Counted from the stretch's first letter, positions 29,252 to 39,294 are shown. The stretch: 64,000 bases of DNA from Candidatus Poribacteria bacterium (GCA_965215265.1 OZ244048.1:1664001-1728000), one strand, 5' to 3'. Numbers and translations are program-made. Notes: generated by a model not told the origin, from the letters alone.

Positions 29252-29570
29252 TGAGAAAGCAGCGACTAAGGGTGATGCGGCTTGAGTTAATAAAATGGTT
29301 AACGTACGTAAATCTGGGGGGGGTCAATCGTCTTAACAGGCAGTTAAAACACACGACAGCACGGTATATGCACGCGTTCGCGCAAAGATGCCAACCCCGC
29401 AGCACAGGGCAGCTCACTCTGCTTATGGGATACACGGACTCTCGGTGTTTCATCTGTTTTATCTCTTTCAGCTCAAAACAGAGAGCGTCTCCGACGAGAT
29501 TTACATCGGATTTCAGATAACATAAACCCGTATAGTACCGAGATAGACAAAATTCTGATTCGAGTGAATG

Positions 29571-29800
29571 CATTTTAGCCGAAAACAACACTTTTTGGCA
29601 AACTTTTTTTTGCCTGACTCAAAAGTTGTTTTGCATTATCGCACAATGAACATTTTTTTGTCAACTCTTTTTTCCGAAATAAAAAAGAGACGAACACATT
29701 TTAGCCGAAAATCACACTTTTTGGCAAACTTTTTTTTGCATGACTCAAAAGTTGTTTTGCATTATCGCATAACGAACGTTTGTTTGTCAACTCTTTTTTT
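29571..29800 (-). repeat. 126-bp tandem duplication, each copy carrying a sigma70-like promoter
   Basis: Copies start at 29571 and 29697; minus strand TTGACA-N18-GATAAT with TG extension. Confidence 0.8.
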
Positions 29801-29998
29801 CAAATTTTTTCGTCTCTTTCAGCACGTCACCGACGGTTTTTTGGTCTCTTTCAGCGCTTAAGACAATGCAAAACAGAGATAGACTCTGGCGACATTTGGA
29901 CAAGGCTTATCAAAACATCAGACGACGGTGATGGACTCAAATAGACAAAAATCGGATTTCACATTACATAAACCCGTATAGTACCGAGATAGACAAGT

Positions 29999-30480
29999 TT
30001 ATCTTGCAGGCCCAATCAGCAGCACCGCGGCTGGCAGCGATGTCTTTTCCGAGTTTTCAAACGCTCTATTGATACTGCGCATGTCAGCATCAGTTGCCAA
30101 TATCTCATAAGGCAAACTCCACGCGTGCAACGTCGGCTCCAACAATGTCGCGACTGAATCAACCCACTGGCCATTTTCATCTCGATTATGATAGCCACGA
30201 TACCCGATGAAGACTACAACGGGTATCTGCATATTTATAACTGTGCCGCGGATAGCATCGCCGGATGCCAGAAAGCCTGTGTTCTGGATGATGATAACAG
30301 GTCGTTTGCCACCGACATACAACCCGGAGGCGATGGCGAATGCCTTACCGTGATGACTTCAATGTCTGATTCTACCCGGAGACATTCATAAATTTTCGCA
30401 CTGCCATTATCAGGAACGCCCACGGCATGTGTGATATTCCATTTTTTTATTTCAGCCACTATGTTTTGTGCTGATGCCAT
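29999..30480 (-). pseudogene. Frameshifted TPP-binding sulfopyruvate decarboxylase alpha (ComD-like) subunit
   Basis: N-half GVPD...EVITV and C-half AFAIASGLYVGGKRP..IQNTG are in different frames; the conserved (T)REGE segment is missing near 30346. Confidence 0.75.
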
Positions 30481-30648
30481 ATCGGACTCCTATGTGCGTT
30501 CTGACAAAATGCATGAGGGACAGATGTAGATTTCTGTCCCGATTCATGCTCCTAATATCTATCCAAGGATTTCTGTCAAGTTATCAGAAAATCATGGACA
30601 CAAGATTTTGGCTGGATCGGATAACCTCATAACCGCTTGCAGCTCAGC

Positions 30649-31060
30649 TTACCTTCTGCCTTCAACTAAAGCGTCAACGACTGTCGGATCTGCGAGCGTT
30701 GAAATGTCGCCGAGGCTAGTGATGTCACCTTCTGCAATTTTGCGAAGAATACGCCGCATAATCTTAATTGCCAATTCCGGTACCATCTGTAGATAAATAC
30801 AAACCCGGTCGCCTTTGTGAACTCCTTGTGCTTTTAGGACACTGGCGAATTTTTTGACTTCTGCTAAGAGTTCGTTGTAGGTGAATGTTTTATCTTCGGA
30901 AGGATGGTTTCCTTCCCAAATAAGAGACGTTGCGTCGCCGTGCCCAGCTTCAACGTGCCGGTCCAAGCAGTTATAGCATGCGTTCAGAGTGCCTCCTTTA
31001 AACCATTTAATACCTTGCTAACGTCCGAATTGTCCGTTACCCCGTTGAACCAGAACAACC
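30649..31060 (-). pseudogene. acs: Acetyl-CoA synthetase remnant with a large internal deletion
   Basis: KWFKGGTLNACYNCLDRH...TYNELL..GDRVCIYLQMVPEL is fused directly to the extreme C-terminus KIMRRILRKIA..LGDISTLADP. Confidence 0.85.
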
Positions 31061-31162
31061 TGTACATCTTTACACAGAGGTGCGAAACAAGAATGATATT
31101 GAAGCAATGACATTCTTTTCTATAGACAGGAGCCCCTTTTTCGATGTCTGAACGCCTCAGTT

Positions 31163-32155
31163 TTAGGATATGCCAACGGCTTTACGAACCTTACGTAATA
31201 TCGGCACGGCGATGTCTCGCGCTTTTTCGGCACCCTGCAGTAGCACTTGATCTAACTCACCACGTTTTTCCATCAACGCGTTGTACGTTTCGCGTTGTGC
31301 AGAAAAAGTCGTCTCTAGCAACGCAAAGAGTTCATTTTTCATATCACCGTATCCGAGTCCACCCTCAATATAGAGCTGTCGTTTTGCCTCAACCGCATCC
31401 GCATCGGCAAAATGTTGGTAAATCGCAAAGACATTGCATGCTTCAGGGTCCTTCGGATCTTCAGGACGTTTCGAATCGGTGACAATCCGTCTCACCTGCT
31501 TGCGAATCTCGTTAGGCGGTGCGAAAAGCGGGATGACGTTGTTATAACTTTTGCTCATTTTTCTGCCGTCAAGCCCGGGAATCGTCATAACCTCTTTCCG
31601 AATAACGGCTTCTGGAATCGTCAAGACGTTCCGATAGTTTTTATTAAAAGCGAGGGCGACATCGCGCGTAACTTCAAGGTGTTGCTGCTGGTCAAGTCCG
31701 ACGGGGACGACGTGCGCGCCAAACAGCAAGATATCCGCTGCCATCAAAACAGGATACGTAAACAAGCCGGTGTTGATGCGCTTATCGGCTTCGCGGCCCG
31801 CAGCAACGTTGTCATCAACTAGCGCTTTGTAGGCGTGAGCGCGGTTAAGCAGCCCTTTCGCTGTGAAACAGGACAACACCCACGCTAATTCAAATACCTC
31901 AGGAATATCCGATTGACGGTAGAAGATAACCTCATCCGGATTTAATCCTAATGCCAACCACGTTGCAGTCGCTTGATACGTCAAATCCTGCAGCTCCCGC
32001 CGGTCTTTCACAGTGGTTAAAGCGTGATAATCAGCGATAAAGTAGAGTGCTTGGAAATCTCGGGCGAGTTCCAGCGCGGGTTTGATCATCCCGAGGTAGT
32101 TACCGATGTGAGGCTGCCCCGTCGGTTTGATGCCTGTTAAAGAAATCTGTTTCAA
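31163..32155 (-). CDS. trpS: Tryptophan--tRNA ligase
   Basis: TGIKPTG.PHIGNY, VPVGLDQQQH, KMSKS. Confidence 0.97.
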   Translation of the reverse strand: MKQISLTGIKPTGQPHIGNYLGMIKPALELARDFQALYFIADYHALTTVKDRRELQDLTYQATATWLALGLNPDEVIFYRQSDIPEVFELAWVLSCFTAKGLLNRAHAYKALVDDNVAAGREADKRINTGLFTYPVLMAADILLFGAHVVPVGLDQQQHLEVTRDVALAFNKNYRNVLTIPEAVIRKEVMTIPGLDGRKMSKSYNNVIPLFAPPNEIRKQVRRIVTDSKRPEDPKDPEACNVFAIYQHFADADAVEAKRQLYIEGGLGYGDMKNELFALLETTFSAQRETYNALMEKRGELDQVLLQGAEKARDIAVPILRKVRKAVGIS

Positions 32156-32179
32156 TTCAGTTGTTCTCCTTGTCTTTCG

Positions 32180-33031
32180 CTAAGATATTTGAATAACGAC
32201 AGCATCACCCCGTTTTAATTGGAAACGTTCTTGGGCACTCTCGCTATTTATAGCAATTTCTAATAACCCGAAGCTGCCGATAATCGCTAAAGGCTCACCG
32301 GTATGAGATTCGGAGTACGCGGTGTTTAACCGCTCCATCCGCACATCGCCCGCCTGAATTGTATAGTGAGACGAAGTTTTCGTAAATTCGGTGAACGCAT
32401 TTTGAGAGATATTCGTTATCAAATTTCCAAAACGATCGATTTTGATGATCTGCCCCGTGAGAGTGTTTTCAGAGATATGTGCCTCAGGCAACGGCAGTTG
32501 CACCGGGTTTCGGATAGGTTTTCCGATACTTGTAAACGGAATACCGAGCGATAGATGTGCCGCGACAGGGGCGAAAATATCTCTACCGTGGAATGTATTG
32601 CTGACGTTGGGTAAGAGATATTTCCTGTTCTGAATTGCCACAACTCTTCGTATCTGCCGCCGTCTATAGCCATTTTCAGTGTGTTGGAATAGATAACTCA
32701 GTGTTCCATTATCAGGACACACAAAAAACGCGCTATCAGTTTGACAAACTATTGCCCGGCGATTGCTGCCAACACCCGGATCAACGACGATGATGTGAAT
32801 CGTACCGTTTGGGAAATATTGATGCACAGAAGGGATTAAGAAAGCGGCTTCGTGGACATCTTGCGGTGGTATCGCGTGTGTAATGTCGATCACCTGCACG
32901 TGCGGATTGATACTTAAAATTACGCCCTTCATAATACCGACATAAGCGTCGTTGGTACCGAAGTCGGTTGTTAGGGTGATAATGCTATTTGTATATTTCA
33001 GCACGTCAACGGTTGATGTTGTGTTAATCAC
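32180..33031 (-). CDS. SAM hydroxide adenosyltransferase / chlorinase-fluorinase family (DUF62)
   Basis: ITLTTDFG, VVDPGVGS.RR, SNTFHGRDIFAP, IDRFGN; the start codon lies within a repeat unit and is uncertain. Confidence 0.9.
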   Translation of the reverse strand: MINTTSTVDVLKYTNSIITLTTDFGTNDAYVGIMKGVILSINPHVQVIDITHAIPPQDVHEAAFLIPSVHQYFPNGTIHIIVVDPGVGSNRRAIVCQTDSAFFVCPDNGTLSYLFQHTENGYRRRQIRRVVAIQNRKYLLPNVSNTFHGRDIFAPVAAHLSLGIPFTSIGKPIRNPVQLPLPEAHISENTLTGQIIKIDRFGNLITNISQNAFTEFTKTSSHYTIQAGDVRMERLNTAYSESHTGEPLAIIGSFGLLEIAINSESAQERFQLKRGDAVVIQIS

Positions 33032-33072
33032 TGTATAAATCTCGTCGGAGGTTATCTAGGTGATGATTCAAT
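32988..33072 (+). repeat. Modular repeat unit overlapping two genes
   Basis: TTTGTATATTTCAGCAC...GTTGATGTTGTGTTAATCACTGTATAAATCTCGTCGGAGGTTATCTAGGTGATGATTCAA, highly similar to 15335-15418. Confidence 0.8.
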
Positions 33073-33888
33073 TTGTTGTTTCTTTCGTTGGAGGTGCGTC
33101 TGCATCCAGGCAAAGCTCTTCCGCTGGCCCGTGCCGTCGTTTTCTCTCCCCTCGTATTCACAGCACCAAACACCGTCATAGCCCGCTTTTTTTAAACAAC
33201 GGATTGCCTTATGAAGGTCTATTTCGCCTTCGCCGAGTGCTTCCCCCCGGTAATTTCCGCGAGAACCGGTGCCATCTTTCAGATGTGTGTGTAATGTATA
33301 CGGCGCGACGATTTCATAATACCTGCTCACTGTAGTGAGGTCGTGTCCTGCCCATCGGTAATTCATCGTATCCAAGTTTGCACCCACATGTTTGGAACCG
33401 ACGCGCTCAAACAACTCCACTTGTAAATCACCGTCATTCGTAACCAAGCCGTGGTTATCAACAGCCAGATAAATCTCGTTTGCTTCCGTAAATTCAAGGC
33501 AACGTGTTAAGCATTCAGCCATCGCTTCGACCCATCGACTTTCCGGTACAGCGTCCTTTGGCGAACCCCCTTCGGTGCGCAGGACTGAAGTGCCGAGTCT
33601 CTTCGCGATGCCTGCAATACGTTCCATCCGCGCCACTTGTGCCTGAATTGCCTTTTCCTCTAATACGACAAAATCGTTCCCTGCGGCAAGTGCGGAGACC
33701 TGCAAACCGTACGATTCTACCTGCTTTCTCACAGTCTCCGCGTTTTTTTCAGGGTTATCCGTTTCGAGGCTCCAAACATCGCCTATCTGGAGTTCAACGT
33801 ATCCGAATCCGGTTTCACTCGTGAATTTAAGGAAGTCGTCAAGCGAGCTGCTTGCGTAGTTGTAATGAATCAGACCTAATTTTGACAT
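33052..33888 (-). CDS. Sugar phosphate isomerase/epimerase (AP endonuclease 2 TIM barrel)
   Basis: VDNHG, NLDTMN, HTHLKDG, GEGEID, CCEYE. Confidence 0.85.
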   Translation of the reverse strand: MSKLGLIHYNYASSSLDDFLKFTSETGFGYVELQIGDVWSLETDNPEKNAETVRKQVESYGLQVSALAAGNDFVVLEEKAIQAQVARMERIAGIAKRLGTSVLRTEGGSPKDAVPESRWVEAMAECLTRCLEFTEANEIYLAVDNHGLVTNDGDLQVELFERVGSKHVGANLDTMNYRWAGHDLTTVSRYYEIVAPYTLHTHLKDGTGSRGNYRGEALGEGEIDLHKAIRCLKKAGYDGVWCCEYEGRENDGTGQRKSFAWMQTHLQRKKQQIESSPR

Positions 33889-33985
33889 AATTTTATTGGC
33901 TCCTGATTTGCCAGGTTATAGCATCTCCTAAATAATAACGTTCTCTAAAAAGCAAGGTTGATGATTGTGTGTACGAAAAATTCTC

Positions 33986-34015
33986 TTGCATCTTTTAAAA
34001 TTATTATGGTATAAT
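33986..34015 (+). promoter_or_regulatory. Extended -10 promoter for mqnE
   Basis: TTGCAT-N18-TATAAT with TG extension. Confidence 0.55.
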
Positions 34016-34071
34016 ACTATCATTAGGAAGCAGATGTCAAGCAATTTTTTGCTCGCAAAATAGGGAAAATA

Positions 34072-35208
34072 ATGGAGAACTATAATCGCTTTACCGATCC
34101 GAAATTAGCTGCCATTTACGAGAAGGTTAAGGCAGAAGAGCGGCTCTCTTTTACGGAAGGAGTCACCCTTTACGAAAGTGCTGATATTACCGGTGTTGGG
34201 TTTATCGCCAATCATGTCCGTGAACGTTTAAACAGGAACGTTGCCTACTATAACATCAACCAACACATAGACTATTCCAATGTGTGCATCCTGCACGCGC
34301 GGTGCCATTTTTGTGCGTTTGCCCGGAAGAACATGCAGACCCCAGGTGCTTGGGAAATGAGCGTTGATGAATTTTTAGACAAGGCGATGTATTCCATAGA
34401 ACACGGTTGCACAGAGATTCATAGCGTCGGCGGGTTGCACCCGAAGCTGCCTTTTGATTACTACCTTGACATTATCCGGGGTCTGAAGGAACGGATGCCA
34501 CAGGTACACCTCAAATTCTTTACAGCTGTTGAAATTCATCACTTCTCGCGCATCTTTAAGATGTCAATGGAAGAGGTTTTGACGCAGTTGCGCGAAGCCG
34601 GCTTAGATTCGCTACCGGGCGGGGGTGCAGAAATCTTCGCCGAAGAGACGCGTAATAAGATCTGCCCCGGCAAACTAAGTGCGGAAGGCTGGCTTGAGGT
34701 TCACGATATTGCGCATCACCTTGGGATTCCAACCAACGCGACGATGCTTTACGGGCACCTTGAAACGAATGAAGACCGGGTCGACCATCTGATTAGGTTG
34801 CGGGCACAACAAGATAAATCCGGCGGGTTTGTCACATTTATCCCGCTGGCTTTTCACCCTGCAAACACACGAATGTCTTATCTGCCATCAACCTCTGGCT
34901 TAACCGATCTTAGAAACATTGCAGTGGCGCGTCTGATGTTGGATAACCTACCACATATCAAGGTGTATTGGATTATGACTGGATTGAAAACCGCACAAGT
35001 GGCACTCCGATTTGGGGCGGATGATATTGATGGCACAGTGACAGAGGAAAAAATTACGCACATGGCAGGCGCTGATACGCCTGAAGCCGTTTCTGTGGAT
35101 GCCTTGACGCACCTCATTGAAGAGGCTGGCTTTGTACCTGTAGAGCGCGATACGCTTTACAACGAAATCATTCGCGAGGGAAACCGGTGGTACAGGAAAG
35201 CAGCTTAA
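34072..35208 (+). CDS. mqnE: Aminofutalosine synthase (radical SAM)
   Basis: EIHSVGGLHP, PGGGAEIF, TNATMLYGH, HIKVYW, DGTVTEEKITHMAG; adjacent to mqnA. Confidence 0.9.
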   Translation: MENYNRFTDPKLAAIYEKVKAEERLSFTEGVTLYESADITGVGFIANHVRERLNRNVAYYNINQHIDYSNVCILHARCHFCAFARKNMQTPGAWEMSVDEFLDKAMYSIEHGCTEIHSVGGLHPKLPFDYYLDIIRGLKERMPQVHLKFFTAVEIHHFSRIFKMSMEEVLTQLREAGLDSLPGGGAEIFAEETRNKICPGKLSAEGWLEVHDIAHHLGIPTNATMLYGHLETNEDRVDHLIRLRAQQDKSGGFVTFIPLAFHPANTRMSYLPSTSGLTDLRNIAVARLMLDNLPHIKVYWIMTGLKTAQVALRFGADDIDGTVTEEKITHMAGADTPEAVSVDALTHLIEEAGFVPVERDTLYNEIIREGNRWYRKAA

Positions 35209-36038
35209 CAGAAGAGAAGTTATGCCAACCGAGCCCCGTTAGAGTCGGAGCGGTTTCATTTCTGAACACCAAACCGCTTATATACCCGTTGTTAAATAAA
35301 GACATCCCAACGGATATGTCCCTCAGCGTTCAGGTACCAAGTCAACTGGCTTCACTTTTAAAGAGTGGGAGACTGGATGTCGGCTTAATCCCGATTATTG
35401 AGTATTTCCGTTCTCCGGATGCTGGATACCGCATCTTACCGGATATTTCTATAGCATCTCACGGAAACGTCCTGAGTATACAACTCTTCAGCCATGTACC
35501 GATTCAAGAGATTCAGCGCGTCGCTCTGGATACGAGTTCGCGTTCGTCAATAGCGCTCCTGAAGATTTTGCTTGCTGAGCAGTATGGGCTGCATCCTGAA
35601 TTCACGGCTTGTGATCCTTCCGTGAATCCGAATGCACCTGAAGTTTCAAGGTATGGAGAGGCAGTGCTGCTCATTGGGGATGCAGCACTGCGGCAATTGA
35701 ACACGACTCAATATAGCCTTGACCTTGGGGCAGCATGGCATGAATTTACAGGGTTGCCATTTGTGTATGCTTGCTGGGTTGCTCGAGAAGGTGTGGACGT
35801 TGGCGAAGTACCTGAAGTGCTTCAGACAGCAAAGGCACGTGGAATACCGCAGATTCCAGAAATCGCGCGCATGGAATCCCCTAAACTCGGTTTACCTGAA
35901 TCCCTCTGTCGGGATTACCTGCAAAAGCATATATGTTACGATTTGGGTGAATGTGAATTAGCCGGCCTCCAAAAATTTTATCAACTTGCGGTTAAACACG
36001 GTCTTGCTGAACCCGGTGCTACAGTGCTCTTTACGTAA
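35187..36038 (+). CDS. mqnA: Chorismate dehydratase (futalosine pathway)
   Basis: VSFLNTKPL, SRSS..LLKILL, LLIGDAAL, DLG..W...TGLPFVYACW. Confidence 0.9.
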   Translation: MVQESSLTEEKLCQPSPVRVGAVSFLNTKPLIYPLLNKDIPTDMSLSVQVPSQLASLLKSGRLDVGLIPIIEYFRSPDAGYRILPDISIASHGNVLSIQLFSHVPIQEIQRVALDTSSRSSIALLKILLAEQYGLHPEFTACDPSVNPNAPEVSRYGEAVLLIGDAALRQLNTTQYSLDLGAAWHEFTGLPFVYACWVAREGVDVGEVPEVLQTAKARGIPQIPEIARMESPKLGLPESLCRDYLQKHICYDLGECELAGLQKFYQLAVKHGLAEPGATVLFT

Positions 36039-36132
36039 TTTTTTTAGCTGCCGCATAAACCGTGTTGTCTTGGTGTGCAGATAATCGCCAGCAACCCTGG
36101 TGTCTCAAGTTGTGTGTTAAAAGGAATTAACC

Positions 36133-36627
36133 ATGAAATCCGATCAAAAAAGCGGAGTCCGACCGGATCTCTCAAAGCAGTTTAAAGACTATTTGGAAAG
36201 CTGTGGCCTTCGACTCACCACAAAACGTTTAGATATCCTGGAACAAGTGTATGCCTATAACGGACATTTCCAAGCCGAAGACCTCTTGGTACACATGCGG
36301 CGTAACGGCTATAATGCTTCTCGACCTACCATCTACCGGACGTTACCGTTGCTCGTTAAAAGTGGACTTTTGACAGAATTTATTGACGCGCAAAAAAATA
36401 CACGGTATGAGAGCATTCATTCGCTGAAAGAACACGCGCATCTTATCTGCCTTCGATGCAATCAGATAGTAGAATTTAAAGAACCCGGGATTGACGCACT
36501 ACAAAAGGCGGTGTGTAAAGCGCACCGGTTTAAAGCAGTGCGCTTCCGGAATGAGATTATCGGCTACTGTGCGGACTGTCAAGCAGAGTTAGAGTTGTCC
36601 ATACAAGAGCGCGCGTCTACATCTTAA
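36133..36627 (+). CDS. Fur-family transcriptional regulator
   Basis: GLRLT..R, TIYRTL, HAHLICLRC, GYCADC. Confidence 0.9.
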   Translation: MKSDQKSGVRPDLSKQFKDYLESCGLRLTTKRLDILEQVYAYNGHFQAEDLLVHMRRNGYNASRPTIYRTLPLLVKSGLLTEFIDAQKNTRYESIHSLKEHAHLICLRCNQIVEFKEPGIDALQKAVCKAHRFKAVRFRNEIIGYCADCQAELELSIQERASTS

Positions 36628-37330
36628 GACGGCTCCATGTGGTGGTAAGCAACCCTCCAGGGTGAACGTCTAAGGTCTTGTCTTCTGCGTTGTCGTAATC
36701 CTCATCTGTGGGTTGATATTCCAGATCGCTAGACCAGAGGAAAACGTCATATTGGACTTGTAGTGAACTTTGGCGGGTCCAGATCATCATGACGTTTTCG
36801 CCATGTTGCAATTCATTGACGGTACCACCATCCTGTCCAAAATCACCGGTACGCATCCATGCCCACGCGGGAACGTTTTCTTCAAAGATGATATGATCTG
36901 GACGAACAAAAGCGGGTGCGTCCTTCGGAATTTCGTCGCCATCATCTCCCAAAACCCACAGCCAATCTGAATGGTTACTCGGATTAATCACTCTACCGAT
37001 AAACCGCCAGGTACCTGCTCTTCCGCCAGCACGGCTGATGTCGAATCGATAGAGTATCCATCCCTGTTTTCCTGCACCGGCATTCGTGACAATATCACCG
37101 TAGGCATCATCGGCAGGGTCCACTGCTTTCTCGCCTTTTCCTAATTTGTAGACATCATCGGAATCCCGTTCGTCAAAGGCTTCTGCTTCAAACCAGAGCT
37201 GGACTCCTTTGCCGTATTTAGAGACTTTAAACGCTTCTACGGCAAACCCGGAGAGTGTGCTGAATAGCATCAGCAGGCAAACTGCGATGCCTGTCAATTG
37301 AAATTTTTGAATCATAAGAGTTTCCTCCAT
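36617..37330 (-). CDS. Secreted hypothetical protein with a conserved C-terminal TTW tail
   Basis: Signal peptide; WFEAE motif; ends LDVHPGGLLTTTWSRLKM. Confidence 0.75.
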   Translation of the reverse strand: MEETLMIQKFQLTGIAVCLLMLFSTLSGFAVEAFKVSKYGKGVQLWFEAEAFDERDSDDVYKLGKGEKAVDPADDAYGDIVTNAGAGKQGWILYRFDISRAGGRAGTWRFIGRVINPSNHSDWLWVLGDDGDEIPKDAPAFVRPDHIIFEENVPAWAWMRTGDFGQDGGTVNELQHGENVMMIWTRQSSLQVQYDVFLWSSDLEYQPTDEDYDNAEDKTLDVHPGGLLTTTWSRLKM

Positions 37331-37584
37331 GGGAAATTGAATGAATTGTTGTGCAAGCTAACATCAATACAGACGATGATTGGGTAATGTGCCTTGCCCT
37401 CCGCCAGGCATATCAACAGCAAGGCGAATATTGCCTTCCGCCAAGATATATACTCTGTTTAGCAATCTGATGCTCATGATACTACAATAACTTTAAACAT
37501 GCAAATGAATGGACACGTTTTTTTAGAATTCAAATGTCTATATCCTGCATCCTGAGTACAAGCGACGGTAATCCCGGTTCATAT

Positions 37585-37613
37585 TTGACATTTGTTTCAC
37601 AATAGTGTATAAT
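37585..37613 (+). promoter_or_regulatory. Consensus sigma70 promoter of iscU-iscA
   Basis: TTGACA-N17-TATAAT. Confidence 0.75.
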
Positions 37614-37653
37614 ATTAATAGAGGATTTCTGCAATACATTGAGACAGTGAGTT

Positions 37654-38031
37654 ATGTATACCCAACAAGTCACTAAGCATTATGAAAACCCGTGCAATGT
37701 CGGAACTATCGCTGATGCTGATGGCATGGCGACGGTGGGAGATGCAGCGAGTGGCGAAATGCTCAAACTGACGCTCAAGGTTAAAGACAACGCGATTGCT
37801 GCGGCAAAGTTCCGGGCATTCGGATGCCCGACTGCAATTGCAAGCGGTTCTATCCTGACTGAATTGATTACCGGGCTCCCAATTTCGGATGCCCTAAAAA
37901 TTAAAGCAGGCGATATCTCTAATGCCTTAGGCGGACTCCCCTTAGATAAGTGCAGATACGCTATCTATGCTGAAGAATTACTAAAACAGGCAATTGCTGT
38001 CGCGAGTGCTAAATCGGGCATTGTCGCATAA
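37654..38031 (+). CDS. IscU/NifU-like Fe-S scaffold protein (atypical)
   Basis: YTQQVTKHYENP.NVG, KFRAFGCPTAIAS.S, ALGGLP..K. Confidence 0.8.
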   Translation: MYTQQVTKHYENPCNVGTIADADGMATVGDAASGEMLKLTLKVKDNAIAAAKFRAFGCPTAIASGSILTELITGLPISDALKIKAGDISNALGGLPLDKCRYAIYAEELLKQAIAVASAKSGIVA

Positions 38032-38084
38032 GTTGTTAGTGGACGCTACGGGCGATTGTGCAGAAAAAAGGAGGTGCGATTATC

Positions 38085-38414
38085 ATGATTACTGTTACAG
38101 AGTCAGCAGCGCAAAAAGCCATTGCGCTGATTAATAGAAATGAGGAAATTACCCCTGATAAGCTCGGCTTGCGGATGCAGGTTGTCGGCGGCGGCTGCTC
38201 TGGATTCCAATACAACCTTGAATTTGGTGCCGCGAAAGACACCGATAAGGTGTTTAAGTTCCACGGATTGCAGGTTTTCATAGATCCGCGCAGCACCCTT
38301 TACCTGGCCGGATCCGTACTTGACTATAACGATGGATTAATGGATTCCGGCTTCAAAATTACCAATCCGAACGCTAAAAACACCTGCGGTTGCGGTGAAT
38401 CGTTTAGCGTATAA
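38085..38414 (+). CDS. A-type Fe-S carrier (IscA/ErpA/HesB family)
   Basis: GGGCSGFQY, NPNAKNTCGCGESF. Confidence 0.95.
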   Translation: MITVTESAAQKAIALINRNEEITPDKLGLRMQVVGGGCSGFQYNLEFGAAKDTDKVFKFHGLQVFIDPRSTLYLAGSVLDYNDGLMDSGFKITNPNAKNTCGCGESFSV

Positions 38415-38446
38415 CTTGCGTGTCGAAAATTTGCACACCCGAAAAA

Positions 38447-38495
38447 AAAGTGGCTAAGGTTAAAAGAGGTACGCCTTTTAACTTTAGCCACTTTA
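38447..38495. terminator. Bidirectional terminator hairpin between convergent genes
   Basis: AAAGTGGCTAAGGTTAAAAG...CTTTTAACTTTAGCCACTTT. Confidence 0.75.
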
Positions 38496-38502
38496 AAATT
38501 TT

Positions 38503-39294
38503 TCAGCCTGTGTTGTAGAGTTCAGCATGCCGTTGAAGCACCGCATCCGAATCCGGGGGATTGATAACCTCAATGGAGATGAACCCGGTGTAGCCATCTT
38601 CAGCAAGCATCGCAAGCGAGTCTCTCTCCGTGTCAGGTACCGGTCCGCTGTCTCCAAAACTGACATGCACATGTCTGACCTTTCCACGCAGATGAACGTA
38701 AGCGACATCAACTGGCTGTCCATGGCGGACGTGGTGTGCCGCGTGCCAATTGACGAAGGTATGCTGCGCTTCAGCTCGATACAAGACTTCAGCGACATAA
38801 CTCGCTATGAGATTCCCGTGTGTTTCAAGACAGAGCGCGATGCCAGCCTCTCCGGCGAGGGTGTCGCATGCGCGAATCCCATCAGCTTCCCAATCTAGTG
38901 TTTGTGACACTTCAACCGCTGTCGTTTTTGGCACCGGATCCCCAAAGATCCGGATATTCTGCGCGCCCATTGTTTCGGTGAGTTCAATATATCGCTTCAG
39001 TAACTCAACTTGCGCGGCACGTTTTTCGGTATCCGGATCGACGAACCTAATACCGGTTGCAATACACGAGAGGGTGATGCCGCTATCCGCAAAGCGCGCA
39101 CGCGCCTCACGCAGCTGCGCCGCAGACGAGTCTAATTCAACACCGTGTCCATGCCCCCACTCTACGCGAAGTTCAAGGTGTTCGTAATTATACTGTTTGG
39201 CTTTGTCAATCAACTCCGCGAGCGTTAACGGCGGACAGACTGATGACATAAAACCGAATTGGCTCTGGTTCGTTCCTTGTTCTGCATTTTGCAT
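38503..39294 (-). CDS. Sugar phosphate isomerase/epimerase family protein
   Basis: LELRV..GH.HGVE, IRIFG, CLETHG, HVH, ISIE. Confidence 0.8.
   Translation of the reverse strand: MQNAEQGTNQSQFGFMSSVCPPLTLAELIDKAKQYNYEHLELRVEWGHGHGVELDSSAAQLREARARFADSGITLSCIATGIRFVDPDTEKRAAQVELLKRYIELTETMGAQNIRIFGDPVPKTTAVEVSQTLDWEADGIRACDTLAGEAGIALCLETHGNLIASYVAEVLYRAEAQHTFVNWHAAHHVRHGQPVDVAYVHLRGKVRHVHVSFGDSGPVPDTERDSLAMLAEDGYTGFISIEVINPPDSDAVLQRHAELYNTG

Noticed and set aside
28995-29591. 198-aa ORF as a real protein
   Set aside because: It spans a terminator, promoter-like elements and a repeat fragment, and has no recognisable motifs.
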